Assembly: GCA_951406725.2 (NCBI GenBank)
Contig: OX597818.1
Span: 119,970,001 to 120,034,000, forward strand
Direction: 5' to 3'
Origin: Octopus vulgaris
Lineage: Eukaryota
Length of the DNA stretch: 64,000 nt
The notes below the pieces were generated by a model. The model searched no databases. It had not been told where the DNA came from and saw only the letters and a program-made list of their open reading frames with translations. Positions 12,501-26,345 of the stretch are shown here, one piece after another (the stretch's first letter is position 1; the number at the start of each line of letters is the position of its first letter). A program made the translations under genes and the position numbers.

Positions 12501-15500
12501 TAACATGGACTGAGCGTTTATAAACCTAGAGAAAGAAAATGTGTATGATTCCTGAATTATAAATAAAGTCTGATGATAGGTGCCTTGACTTTTGACAATA
12601 GATGACACCACAGAAAATGCATGTCTTTGTTGCACACATCTAATTCCTCTAAAGTCTAGTTTTTCTCTCAAAATATTTATACATTGCTAATCATGCACAT
12701 TCATGTCATACATCCAACCAAGTACGCTAGCTTCATTTCTTTTCGGTTTTCTCCAGTCCTCTACTATTCAAAGCACATATCTCACTATCAGCCAACATAA
12801 TTATTTTAACACATGCATTATATAATCTACCCTTCACTCAGGGCAAAAAAGACCATTGCTGCTAGCTACTGTAGTAGCTCCTATGATTTTTTCCATCCTG
12901 TTCTTATCTTGGCTACGATACTTTCAGAGCAAACACCTCCCCTGCTAATTACATCGGGGTAATAACAAAATCTAACAACTACTACTAGTGAGACATCCAG
13001 GTGTATAAAAGTATCTATTTCAGGTGTGCTCATAATATGTACTGCTTCTGTGCCTCTGTCATCATATAAAGCTAACTTTCTCTGTAGCCTATAACTCAAA
13101 TTAAATAGTTTTCTATAGGCATAAGGATTTAAGTATGAAATCATGTAAGCCACAGAGGAAAATGCATATGAATACAACTCTTTTTTTGCCAAACTTTTCA
13201 ATAAATAATTCAGAATCTGAAACCAGAAAATATATTCTTTTTGAAAATATGATGATGTTCATCATCGTTTAACATCTCTTTTCCATGTTGGCATGGCTTG
13301 GATGGTTTGACATGGAGCTGGCCAAACACTAATTGTCTGTTGTGAGATGGTTTCTATGGCTGGTTGCCGTTCCTAATACCATCCAGTTTACAGTGTGCTG
13401 CAATCAGTTGGGCAGATAAGCTACAGAGAGGCATCTACATAGATGCCAGTCTTAAATACAGCATTTTAAGAAAAAAATACACTCTGCTCTTAATAAGCAA
13501 TTACATTAACCCTTTAGCATTCAGATTATTCTGTCAAATCTAATGCTTATATATTCACATAGATTTGAATTAATCATGTATTACCTTATAGCTTTGAGAT
13601 TTTGATGACAGGATTGTTTATTTTTGAATGACATTGTAGGGTAGCTATGAAAAGCCAGATCCAGCCAGTTTGAACATAAAACAGGTAGAATATTTTGGCT
13701 AGATATGGCTGGTTTAAATGCTGAAGGTTTAATTGGAAACGGGCATTATGATGTAGGACAATCTGCAGCAGCAGTAACTAATACATGCATTTCGTTGGTT
13801 CAAATCTCCATCAAACCTAAACCAAACAATAAAAAAAACGGGGTCCAGCAGATCATTTTCCAGCAAACAGAAATCCATTTCTAACCCCACATTGATTAAT
13901 ATCTCTGAACAGAATACAACAAATAATTGTTACACTGAAGTTTAAATAAAACATCATCATCATCATTTAACGTCCGCTTTCCATGCTGGCATGGGTTGGA
14001 CAAAGTTGACTGAGGGCTGGCGAACCAGATGGCTGCACCAGGCTCCAATCTTGATCTGGCAGAGATTCTACAGCTGGATGCCCTTCCTAACGCCAACCAC
14101 TCCGCGAGTGTACTGGGGGTGCTTTTTACGTGCCACCAGCACAGGGGCTAGTCATGCGGTACTGGCAATGACCTTGCTCGAATCTTTTTACACATGCCAC
14201 CGGCACAGGTGCCAGTAAGGTGACGTTGGTAACGATCACGCAGAAACATCAGAACCTCTTGAGCAGAAAGTAATACTTACATTAAGGGCACGTACAATGT
14301 CCTGAGTGCTGAAGCAACCAGGATAAAAGATTTTCTCCATGTAAACATCCCGAGGATCACGGTAATTAGGAATCCAAAGGTCAGCTGTTTCTGGAGGTTG
14401 TAAGATCACATCAGTCCATTCTTTCGCAGCAGTCTGATCACTGCAGATAATATTTTCAAGGAAGTAAAATAAGCATTATACAGAGTAGGAAAGCCGCCAT
14501 CATTTCTTAACAAGGTATTTATAATTATAGGTCAAGAAACATGAGAAGTTGTGATATTTAAGCTTCTTACAATGAAAATATTGGGTTGTCAGATAAATTT
14601 GTTTTTTCTATTTATTTTCATCCTTTACAGTGTTATCTGAATCAACACAAAATGATATTTTTTATCGTAGTGTTTTCTTTCTTTTTTGTAAACCATTCTT
14701 CCATTGTAACTTTTGTTCAAAGTTTTTTTCAAAATTTGAACAAATCTTATCTTTTTACAAACATAAAGCTATGAAGTACCAATTAAAAAAAACAAAACAA
14801 TTGATCTGACAATCCTTACAGTTACATAAGACAATTCCAATTAGAAACTGGAATTGGATCTACGATGTAAGTTGGTCAAGAAGTTACTAATAGACTGAAC
14901 AATCTAAGTCAGAAGGAACAAAAAGTCTGACAAGATTTTGGCTCTAGTTATTGAAATAAAACACATTTCTGTCACAAACTAAAGAAAAATATGATTTATT
15001 GCTGAAATTCAAGTAAATGAAAAATATACCTTGGAAATAAAGCTATTCTAGCAATTGGTTCTCCAGAACTACTGCTCCAAAGAGTTAATAAACGATCTCC
15101 AGTCAGGCAGAAATCAGTTAAATCTTCCTGGAAAGAGAAAAATAAAGATTCAATATTTAAATAGTTATTTTCTGTTTGCAATTTTAGTTTTTCTATATTA
15201 ACACCCAGGTTGCAATTATGCTTTTTAGTTTCTCTTTGAGTTGCGATTGTTCTTAACCTTTTAGCATTTAAACCAACCCGAATATTCTGTTTTATACTCT
15301 CACATCTACAATGTCAGGGGTGCCACATAAAAAGCACCCAGTACACTCTATGGAGTGGGTGGCATTACAAAGGACATGCAGCCATAGAAACCAAGCCAAA
15401 ATAGACTTTGGGACCTGGTGTGGCCCCTGGACTTGCCAGCTCCTGTCATGCTACCCAACCATGCCAGCATGAAAAATGGACATTATATGTTGATGAAGAC

Positions 15501-18500
15501 AATGATAACATTATTAATTCCAAACAATGTGAATAAATAGACATTACATTTGACGGAGTAATCTGAATGCTAAAAAGTTAAATTGTCTTTCATAATTCAT
15601 GAATTTATTACATCAATGATATTTCACAGTTAGTTGCCTTGCCTTTCTTCTTTTAAGTGTGATAGCATGAAAACAAACCGAAAATATGGTTTGGCTTTAA
15701 GCTTCTTTACAATATATTCCAAGTTCTACCTGCAGCTGTTGGTCAGTTATAAGAAAAACAGAAGCTTCAGCTATGGAAACATTGAAATAATTACTTTCTC
15801 TCATGATTAGATTACTAAATAAAGAGAAGAAAAATATATGAATGATAGAATTACTAACCGAAGGTCCAAATATCGAACCAATATGATGTAACTGGTATCT
15901 ACCATCATTGAAAGATGATTCAATGAAACAAAACTGAAAAAAAAAAAGAAAACAAATCGATAACAAAGATTGGTTGAAAATATAAGCAATCCAAATAAAT
16001 GTCAACATACAAGACTATATCAGGGTAGACAAACTACTTGATTTTGAAGCAGGAGAGTAATGGAGCCTTCTCAAAAGATACAATACAATAGCAAGTTTGG
16101 AACTGATGAATTTGTGACTGTATACTTTGTTAATAAATTTCATTAAAATAGAATAGTCGTTACTGACAGACATTGTAATAAAATCTCTCTCCTGCTTTTC
16201 CTACCACATAAAAATACAATCGTGTGTAGAATGACTGAACTGTATTTAACCCTTTTGTTAACATATTGCTGTCAATATTGCTTCTGTTTTAATTAATTCT
16301 GACGATAATGAAGAATTTAGTAAATATTTTGATAATAATCTTTAATTTAAAACATAAAACTTTGACAGAAGTTTGTATAATAGAACCACTGCTGACGAGT
16401 TGGAAATGCCTAATTTTGCTTAGTTATTACAGCAGGACTTACTGATTTTTTATTATTGTATTCTATGACCCATCGTAACATTTCTATTTAGATTAAATCT
16501 CAGGTGGGAGGGTTAGGATTATCAAAAGGGTTAACAAAAATGGGAGATAAAGAGAAGTTGATAGTTTTTATTTTGTTAATCAGGAGTGGAACCTTTTCAC
16601 AGCATATAACCAGGAAAGTTAACAAAATTAAATCAGCATATTTCAACTTCCATACTACACCACATAACCAGCCAACACACAATGGCATCTAAAATAAAGG
16701 TTAACAGGTTTGGTTTTCTGAAGATCAGTTACATTCATACAGATCCAAACAAGTAACTAACAACACAGTAGCTACAACCAAATTCTTGATTTTTGCCCAA
16801 CTAAAAATTTTTTATATAAAATAGAAATTAAGACAATTTAAAAAAAAAGAAAGGGAATATTTATGTTACAAACCTGGTTGCAATCAGAAAAAGATAAGTG
16901 AACACAAAGACTAGGGAAAACGTGGTCTCCAGCAGACACTTTCCGCACTGAATGACCAGGAGCTGAAATATAACAAAAGCAAAAACTGCTAAGATAACAG
17001 AACAGATGACAGAATCAGTAGAGCATTCAACAAAATATGCCACGCACATATGGTTTTGATGCATGTTCCTGGTTTACCCTTATCAGACGGGAAGTCATGA
17101 TGGGTATACTGGGCTTTATATATTTGTACCCGTGTGACTCAATAAAAATAAGGATTATTATGAAGCTGCATAGCATTACCTTAGGACAAGTGATAGAAGG
17201 GAAGGTTTCAATCACAAAGATACACAAATCAACATATAATGATCGTTACAATAGGATTCTCTCTACTTTTGTTCTATATCCAACAATATAATCATCCAAT
17301 AAAGAACACTGAAATCTTTAAAAATCTAAAATGTGGTATTCTCTTACCGCCAATAGATGGAAGATGTGGATGTTGTTTATTACGAGTTAAATCAAGCAGA
17401 TTAAAAACCATTAAGCATTCCTGAGTCTGAAAGAAAGAAAAAGAAAGCCAAAATCAAAAACAATTTATCAACAAAAACATTAAATTTTCTCTTGGAATCA
17501 GATAAGATAAATGCTTCAATTATTTTTAACCCCTACTCTGTTATATTTTCGTCAAAATACACTCCTTTTATTTGTTTTGAAAATAAAGAGTTTAGTAAAA
17601 TAACTCATCATCACCGTTTAATGTCTGCTTTCCGTGCTGGCATGGGTTGGACGGTTTGACTGGGGACTAGCAAGCCAGTAGGCTGCGCCAAGCTCCAATC
17701 TGATCTGGCAAGGTTTCTACAGCTGGATGCCCATCCTAACACCAACCACTCTGAGAGTGTAGTGGGTGCTTTTTACATGCCACTGGTATGGGAGCCAGTA
17801 GGGCAGCACTGGCATCGACCACGTTCAGATGGTGTTTTTTACATACCACCATCACAGGTAGCCAGTCAGGTGGCACTGACATTGACCCATGCTTGAAAGA
17901 TTCTTATTACATGCCACCAACACAGGTGCCAGTCAGGTGGCACTGGCATCAGCCACAACTACAATTTCCATTTATTTGTCATTATAAATCTGCTAGAGGT
18001 ACATGAATGGCTATGTGGTTAAGAAGTTGGCTTTTGAACCACATGAATTTAGGTTCAGTTCCATTACATGGTACTTAGAGCAAGTGTCTGTTTTGGCATG
18101 GCTTTTACAGCTGGATGACCTTCCTAATGCCAACCACCTCACAGATAGACTGGACGCTTTATCATGGCACCAGCATTGGTGATGTCTGCTTCAGCAAGGT
18201 CTTTACGGTTAGATGACCTTCCTAATGCCAACCACCTCATAGATGGACTGGATGTTTCATCATGGCACCAGCAAGGTCTTTACGGTTAGATGCCCTTCCT
18301 AATGCCAACCACCTCATAGATGGACTGGATGTTTCATCATGGCACCAGCAAGGTCTTTACGGTTAGATGCCCTTCCTAATGCCAACTACTTTAGGAACGG
18401 CATCCAACAAACATTTGGTTTAAGACTTCTTTCCATGGAATCACGCAAAAAAAAAAAGGAAAGAAAAACGAAAAAAATATAGAATCGCAACTCACCTTTG

Positions 18501-21500
18501 TTGACCACCATCTCAGTTTGTGATCTTTACATACACAGAATATAAAAACTTCATCATCAACAGCATCCATTACCATGCTGAGTGTTTTTTCAGCTGTTTC
18601 TGAAGAACCCCTGAAATAGGAATGAGTCTTTCAATAATACAATCAATGCTGTTATAAACAAATTCAAACAACAACAGCTGAAATCATTTTTGCCATGATT
18701 ATTTTCAGTTAATTAATTATCTAATACTATTCTTTCAACTTAACCCTTTAGCTTTCAGATTATTCTGTCAAATGAAATGCTTATTTATTCACAATCTTTT
18801 TAAGTAATCTTGCATTATCTCATAGCTTTGAGATTTTAGTGATGGGATTGTTTATTTTTAGAATATGACATTGTAGGGCAGGTGTGAGAGGCCAGACCTG
18901 GCCGGTTTAATGCTAAGGGGTTAAATAGCAAAAGAGCTGATATGTAGCCACTTGCTAAAAATAGTTGTCAGACTGCCATCAGATCACAGAGTAATCTTAA
19001 AAAGAATAAAGAACACAATTTAGGCTAAGACACATTTGAATAAAGACATCATCATCATCGTTTAACGTCCGCTTTCCATGCTAGCATGGATGATTTGACT
19101 GAGGACTGGCGAACCAGATGGCTGCTGCACCAGGCTCCAATCTGATCTGGCAGAGTTTCTACAGCTGGATGCTCTTCCCAACGCCAACCACTCCGAGAGT
19201 GTAGTGAGTGCTTTTATGTGCCACCGGCACGAGGGCCAGTCAGGCGGTACTGGTAACAGCCATGTTACTTGCACAGGAGCCAGTCCAGCAGCACTGGCAA
19301 CGGCTTCACACTAATGTTCTTCACGTGCCACCAGCACAAGTGCCAGTAAGGCGCCGCTGGTAACGATCACGTTTGAATGGTAATTTTATACAGCTGAATA
19401 CATGTCATTGATTGGTTGAAATCACTGAAATACGAGAACTTCAACACAAAATAACTTTATAAACATAAACTTTTCTCAAAAACGCTAAGAGTAAAAGGCG
19501 TTTTATATGACACATTCTACCAGTGAGCGAAGTTTGAAAGTGTTTAGTTACAAAAAATCATTTTTTGTAATTTGTAGATCAAAAGGTAAAGATCTGGAAA
19601 GTGATGGGGGAGAGATGCACTAGCAATTAGCAAGTATTAATTTCCAGTTGAGTAGGCTAGAGCAGTAGTTCCCAACCTTTTCACTACCGAGGACCCCTTT
19701 TATTTAAATGAATTCTCCCATAGACTCCAGGATATTCTTTTCTACTCTAGGCACAAGGCCCAAAATTTTTGGGGAGGGAAGGCCAGTCCATTAGATCAAC
19801 CCCAGAATGCAACTGGTACTTAATTTATCGACCCTGAAAGGATGAAAGGCAGAGTGAACATCGACGGAATTTGAACTCAGAACGTAAAGACAGACGAAAT
19901 ACCACTAAGCATTTCACCTAGTGTGCTAACGTTTCTGCCAGCTTGCCACGATATTGAAAAGTGCTTAACTTGTTCACAAACCCCCAGCACTAACTTTGTG
20001 GACCACCAGGGGTGTGAGAACCACTGGTCTAGAGCAATGTGAAATGGTGTGTCTTACACAAGGATATACTGTGCTGTCCGATTCAGGAATTGAACCGACA
20101 ACCATATGATTATGAGGCCAACACCTTAACCACTACGCCACACACCTTGCACCTTTATAAATAGTGTGCAATGAAATATATTTGAAAATATATACCAACC
20201 AATTCAGACTTAAGACTAGTTTTAAAATCATGGCATTAAATCAATTGCATTTTCTATAACTAAATGAAGACTTGAAATAAAATATCAAAACATATAAAGT
20301 AGTCAGGCTTACTTAATGATATTTGGAACCAAACCACTCCAAATTCTTTGCATCATGCTAGAGTGACAAAGTTCAAAGCGAGTCACCTCACCTGAAATGA
20401 AAGAATCTTTTATTAATTTCATAAGCCACACCTGAACTACACAATGCACACAATACTGGGTTTTGTAGCAAATTGTAATTACATTTTTGGAAAACATTCA
20501 ACATTTAAAAATATCTACTTTACTTTACTTATGCATAATTTACTTGAAGACTTAATAATGGTTTGTAACTGAGGCACAAGGCCAGTAATTTTGTGAGAAA
20601 GGGATTAGTCGATACTATCAGCCCCAGTAATTGACTGGTACTTAATTTTATCAAACTCAAAAGGATGAAAGACGACTTGGAGGAAGGAGATAGTCAACTA
20701 CACTGACCTCCAGTGCTGAACTGGTACTTATTTTCCAGTTCTATATTTAAGAGATGAGGAATTACATTATTTACATTTGACAGATATTTGTCCTCATCTT
20801 GTTTGTTGTTAACACAACGTTTTGGCTGATATACCCTCCAGCCTTCTTCAGGTGTTTTGGGGAAATTTCGAACCTGGGTTCTCATTCCTAAGGTATTTTT
20901 CGATGTTATTATTATTATTATTGTTCAAGTCACTGCTTGGAATCGAACTCAGAATCTTGGGGTTAGTAGCCCGCGCTCTTAACCACTACTATTATGGGCA
21001 ATTATAGAATGAATTTTAGGGGTTATAAATCTAATATTTTTCTATCCTTCCTTAATACCTAAAAATATATGAGCCGCATATGGGAACTGGTATTGAGGAA
21101 GGATAGAAAAATATTAGATTTATAAGTCCTAAAATTCACTCCATAATTGCCCATGAGCATATGGCATAGTGGTTAAGAGCGCAGGCTACTAACCCCAAGA
21201 TTCCAAGCAGTGACCTGAACAATAACAATAATAATATCGAAAAATACCTTAGGTTCGAAATTTGACCAAGACACCTGAAGAAGGCTGTGTTAACAACAAA
21301 CAAAATGAGGACAGATATCCATCAAATGTAAATTGTGAAAATAATGTAATCACTCCAACGGAAGTCTCATGAGCCATGTTTTGTATTCAGCAATCAAAAG
21401 GACAAACAGTAGAAACCTTATTGTGAACCCTGATTGGTTGTCCAGCTATGTCGAAGGCCAACAACAACAGCCATACAAACTCTCTGTATAGATTCTGACT

Positions 21501-24500
21501 GGATATAAAAATAACGACAATATGTTCTTACCAGGCTTTTCAATTGTAGGCATACAGAAGAGCAAAATTGATCCAAGGCTAGTAGAAAAGGCAAACATAG
21601 CCTGTCCATCTGAGTCAAGGCAAGTGGCCGCACAATAAAGCTGAGATGTTAAACTACCACCAGGGTTGACCATGTGAAAATTTCTGCTATCTTGAGCACT
21701 GGTAAGGGATGCATCGGCAAATATAGAAAGGGCCTTAGAATCTTCACCAAAACGATAGCAAACTGTTTCCTGAAACAAACGAATAAAAAAAACAGGGTAT
21801 AGAAATGGTATGACCTATTGGTACAAAAGAAATTATAAAAAAAAGGAATTAATAATGGTTTCTTATTAATCTTTTGATGTCAAACTGCTTGAAACCATGT
21901 CTAGTTTTATAATACAGAAACTCTAATTTTAACCCTTTTGTTACCAACCTGGCTGAAACCGGCTCTGGCTCTGAGTACAAATGTCTTGTTCTTATAAGTT
22001 TTGAATTAAAATGTTCCACCAAACCTTAGTCACAATTTATGTTTCTAACACTAGCTTAACAATAACCAAGTTACTTTATTAAATTTTTTGTTATATTTAA
22101 AGTAACTGAAAGAAACACAGAGCATCTCAAAATAAATACAGTAACGAAAGGGTTTAAAGTGTTCGTTTTTAAATCGTAAGTTTCCTTCATAGTTCAAGAA
22201 AGGACTTTTTGTCTAAATTCTGATATAAGGAATTATCCTTTTTTATATAAGGACATATTTGGACTACTGTCCTCATCTTGGTTGTTATAGTCACAACACT
22301 CCAGCTGTAGTACTTTCTGGCCTTCTTCAGGCATCTATCATATTCAAAAACATTCTCAACATTTCGAACCAAACCTACCGTGTTTTCTAGTATACAAGTC
22401 AATGTAGCGTATAATATAAATGTAGCATAAATATTCATGCATTGCCACAATCTTTCTAAATCCTGCAGAATTTCATATGGAATTTTTGGCTCCCTTAAAT
22501 CAGCATGGTGTATAAGATGGCCTACCTTTTCTGGCTGTAAATTCTAGTCTGAAAAATTTTACTTGTATGCTAGAAAATACAATATATTAAATCCACAGGA
22601 GAAGGTAGATGGTTCTCATTGCTCTGGTCTAAACCAGAGATATTCTTTATTAGTCATTCTCCTAGATGTGTGTAGTAGTTTATCTAATGGGCATGAGCTC
22701 AATCCCTGGGGTAGTCAATGTGTGTGTGTATGCATGCACATGCATACACACGATGGACTTCTTTCAGTTTCACAAGGTTTTGGTCAGCTCAGGGCTGTTC
22801 TAGAAGTCACTTGCCCAAAGTGTCCGATAGTGGGGCCTGAACTCAAAACCATGTGGTTGAGCAGTAATGTTCTTAACCACACAATCATTCCTGGGTCTAT
22901 CAATGTGAACAACTAAATTTTCAGGACTTTTCAGACCAATATAATAGGAAGAAATAATCGAAAAATACAATTAACATAGAAAGAAGGAAAAAAATATTAA
23001 ACAAATATATAAGACTTACGGGCTTGGGTATTTTGTTTGGATGCGGAAATACAAGTCTGTGTACACTAGCAACTGTTGTGACTAAAATATAAACTTTCCC
23101 TTGGTGTTCATGGACACTGGTGCCTCCAAGTAAAGGAGTGTCTTGAAATCGGTATCGAACATGAGAACCAATTAAATTATAATCCAAAGACTGTTCCACC
23201 AGTTCCAAAATGTCTCCTGTAGTTCTCCTATAAAGAATATGGAAAAAAAAATGCTTCAAGATATCAAGAATATACAATTATCAATCATGTTTGTGATTAT
23301 CTAGTGTAATAATAATAATTATAACTGGCCCTTTTCGTCTATGCAGACGGTCAATTTAGCTTAGGGGTCACTTAATTAAACATATCATAGCTGATTCTTA
23401 CTGGCACTTGTGCTGGTGGTACATGAAGAACAACATCTGAGCGAGGGCGTTGCCAGTGCCGCTGGACTGGCTCTTGCTCAGGTGACACGTAAAAACACTA
23501 CTTGAGCGCTGTTGCCAGTACCGCCTGACTAGCCCTCGTGTCAGTGGCACGTAAAAGCAGCCATTACCCTCTCGGAGTGGTTGGCGTTAGGAAGGGCATC
23601 CAGCAGTAGAAACTCTGGCAGATCAGATTGGAGCCTGGTGCAGCCATCTGGTTCACCATTCCCCAGTCAAACCGTCCAACCCATGGAAAGCGGATGTTAA
23701 ATGATGATGATGATGATATCATTATCATGACTGTTTAACTTCCTCCTTCCATGATGGCATGGGTTGGATGGTTTGACAAGAGCTGACCAGGCAGGAGCCT
23801 GTGCCATGCTTCTGTGTCTGTTTTGGCACGGCTTTTACAGCTGGATGCCCTTCCTAAAACCAACCACTCTAGAGTGGGCTGAGTGCTTTTTATGTGGCAC
23901 CAGCACAGGTGAGAGCAGTTTTGGCATGGTTTTAACAGCTGGATGCCGTTCCAAATGCCAACCACTTTACAACTTTTCACTGTGGACGGGATGTCAAGTG
24001 TATTGACAATTCTAGTTTTTGGTAGATATTCAACACCATTATTGGAATAATCATGAAATTTGATTTTGCAATTAAAGGGTTAATATATAATTTAGGAACA
24101 GTGGACATCATACTAGTTAAGAAGTAGCACAGCTAACCAAAAAAAAAAAAAAAAAAATTGATCAAAGAAGGAAAAAAATGAAAATATTCATTTTCAAGGG
24201 AAAAATCTCAAAATTTTAGAATGTCAAAGAAACGGACACATACCAGTATATAAATCTGTTGCTTGCTGCCGAATTTGGTTGTGTGCTGTCTTGGTATGCA
24301 TATCCGCCAGATGTGTTTGAAACTTTGATGTCTTGTAAAGTGCTATCAGATCCACCTGGGAAAACGTTTGGATTGAAATGTGAATAACAACACTTATATG
24401 AAAATAAGTTGGAATATTGTACATTTATAACTATCAGTTAGTAAGTTTATGCATTTTCTGGATTAACCCTTTTGTTACCATATTTCCGTTGAGATACCAT

Positions 24501-26313
24501 GTGTTTCTTTCAATTAATTTTAAATATAACGAAGAATTTAGTAAAATAAATTAGTTATCATTAAGCTAATGTTAGGAACATAAACTGTGACTAAGGTTTG
24601 ATGGAAGATTTTAATTCAAAACTTTTGAAAACAAGACATTTGTACTACAGAGCCAGTGGCGGTTCCAGCCAAGTTGGTATCATCATCATCATCATCGTTT
24701 AATGTCTGCTTTCCATGCTGGCATGAGTTGAACAGTTTGCTCTTTGTGGATCTTAAAATGTCTTTTGAGTCCTCAATTGGGTCCAGCCTATGATACACTG
24801 GAACACCTGCCAAGCCAGACCTATTCCCCTGACATTCCCCAAGCCTTTTTTGCCATTCATTGAATCTGTTTGAGACTTTTTAGAGTAAGTTACATGTGCA
24901 CTTTTAGGTCTCAATGATTTTACAAAGATTTGGAGTGCAGGAAGTACCTGTGCAGATGAATAATTTTCAGTGGGTGTAGCATGCACTAATTCATAAATTT
25001 TCGATGTTGATGAAATTTCAACCATGGGTAATTGACACACATCAAGTATTCTCAAAGTTTTCACTTCTCATGAGAATTCTAAGACCCCCTAATGGGGGCC
25101 TTAACTCCCAAATTTTAGTCATTTTTTATGATCCAAAACTAGGTCAAAAGTACTGAATGGATCTTTATAAAATTTGGAAATTATATTCTATGCATAAGGG
25201 CCATAACCCCCATGAAAATCCATATGTTTTTGCTGTTGATGAAATTTTAAACATAGACATTAGACACAAATGAAGTAATATTTCTAAAATTTCATCTTAG
25301 AAGTTAGAAAGACCTCTTCATGGGGACTTAACACCCACAATTTAGTCATTTTATCTAAGCAAACACGAATACAGTTGTACTCTTGGAAGCTGTAGGGTCA
25401 CCTGAGCATAAAAATGAGCGTTATTTGTAATTCAATGGTACAACAGTGTAAGAGTTTGCTTTGAGATATACTTACATTGCGATTTCTGCAATGTGGTGCA
25501 TAAATTGTCAAGTAAATGAGAGGCATCTTTGCCTCCACTGATTCAGTTGCAAAGTTACCACTGGGTCACACATAGTCCCCAGATGGTAACACTGATTTCA
25601 AGGCTTCCCCATATGAGTGACTGGTTATTCAAAGATATTTATAGATTGTAAATTTATTCTGTCCAGTTACCTATCGATATAGTGGTCATTTGCAAACTCC
25701 AGAGGTGACACTTTCATTTCCCCTTAGCCCTCACATCACACATTTGTTAATATTTATTTGAGCTGGGTCACGCTTTTCCAATTGCTATAGATCCGTAATG
25801 CATCTTACGGCTGTGCCTGTCATCTGTATGGTGAGGAATCCTACATTGGGGAGTAGTAACGACTAGGGTAGGGTAGCTTTGCTCTCTTTTACAAACCCAA
25901 TGAACATACATATATTTCCTATTTCAAAGAAATTCGAACAATGGATATAAGGCCCAAGTTAAAAAGATTCTCAACAATTCAACTTCTCTGGTTGACATTA
26001 AGACACCCACCCCCAATAGGGGCCTTAACTCCCACATTTTAGAGCTCCATGACATCCATTTTTCAGGAGCAAAATTCTTTTAACAGGTTCCATAAGACTG
26101 GAATTTTGGAATCTGTGCATAAAGATCAGTAGTATGGGATACATGTGTCATGATTAGAATTTTTTTAGAGTGTGTAAAGAGGGAAAGAACCCTCATCTGC
26201 AATTTTGATGAAATTCGAATCATAGGTATTCCAGTTCATTACAGAAAATATAACAGAAAAATCAAATTTTTCAATTGCATGTAACACGGGCAATGCCAGG
26301 TATCTCTGCTAGT

Positions 26314-26345
<32 letters not shown>

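Noticed and set aside
20930-20990. tRNA-like sequences (also about 41040-41110, 52185-52250 and other SINE heads)
   Set aside because: A/B boxes are present but no complete cloverleaf or acceptor stem; they are parts of repeat families rather than tRNA genes.
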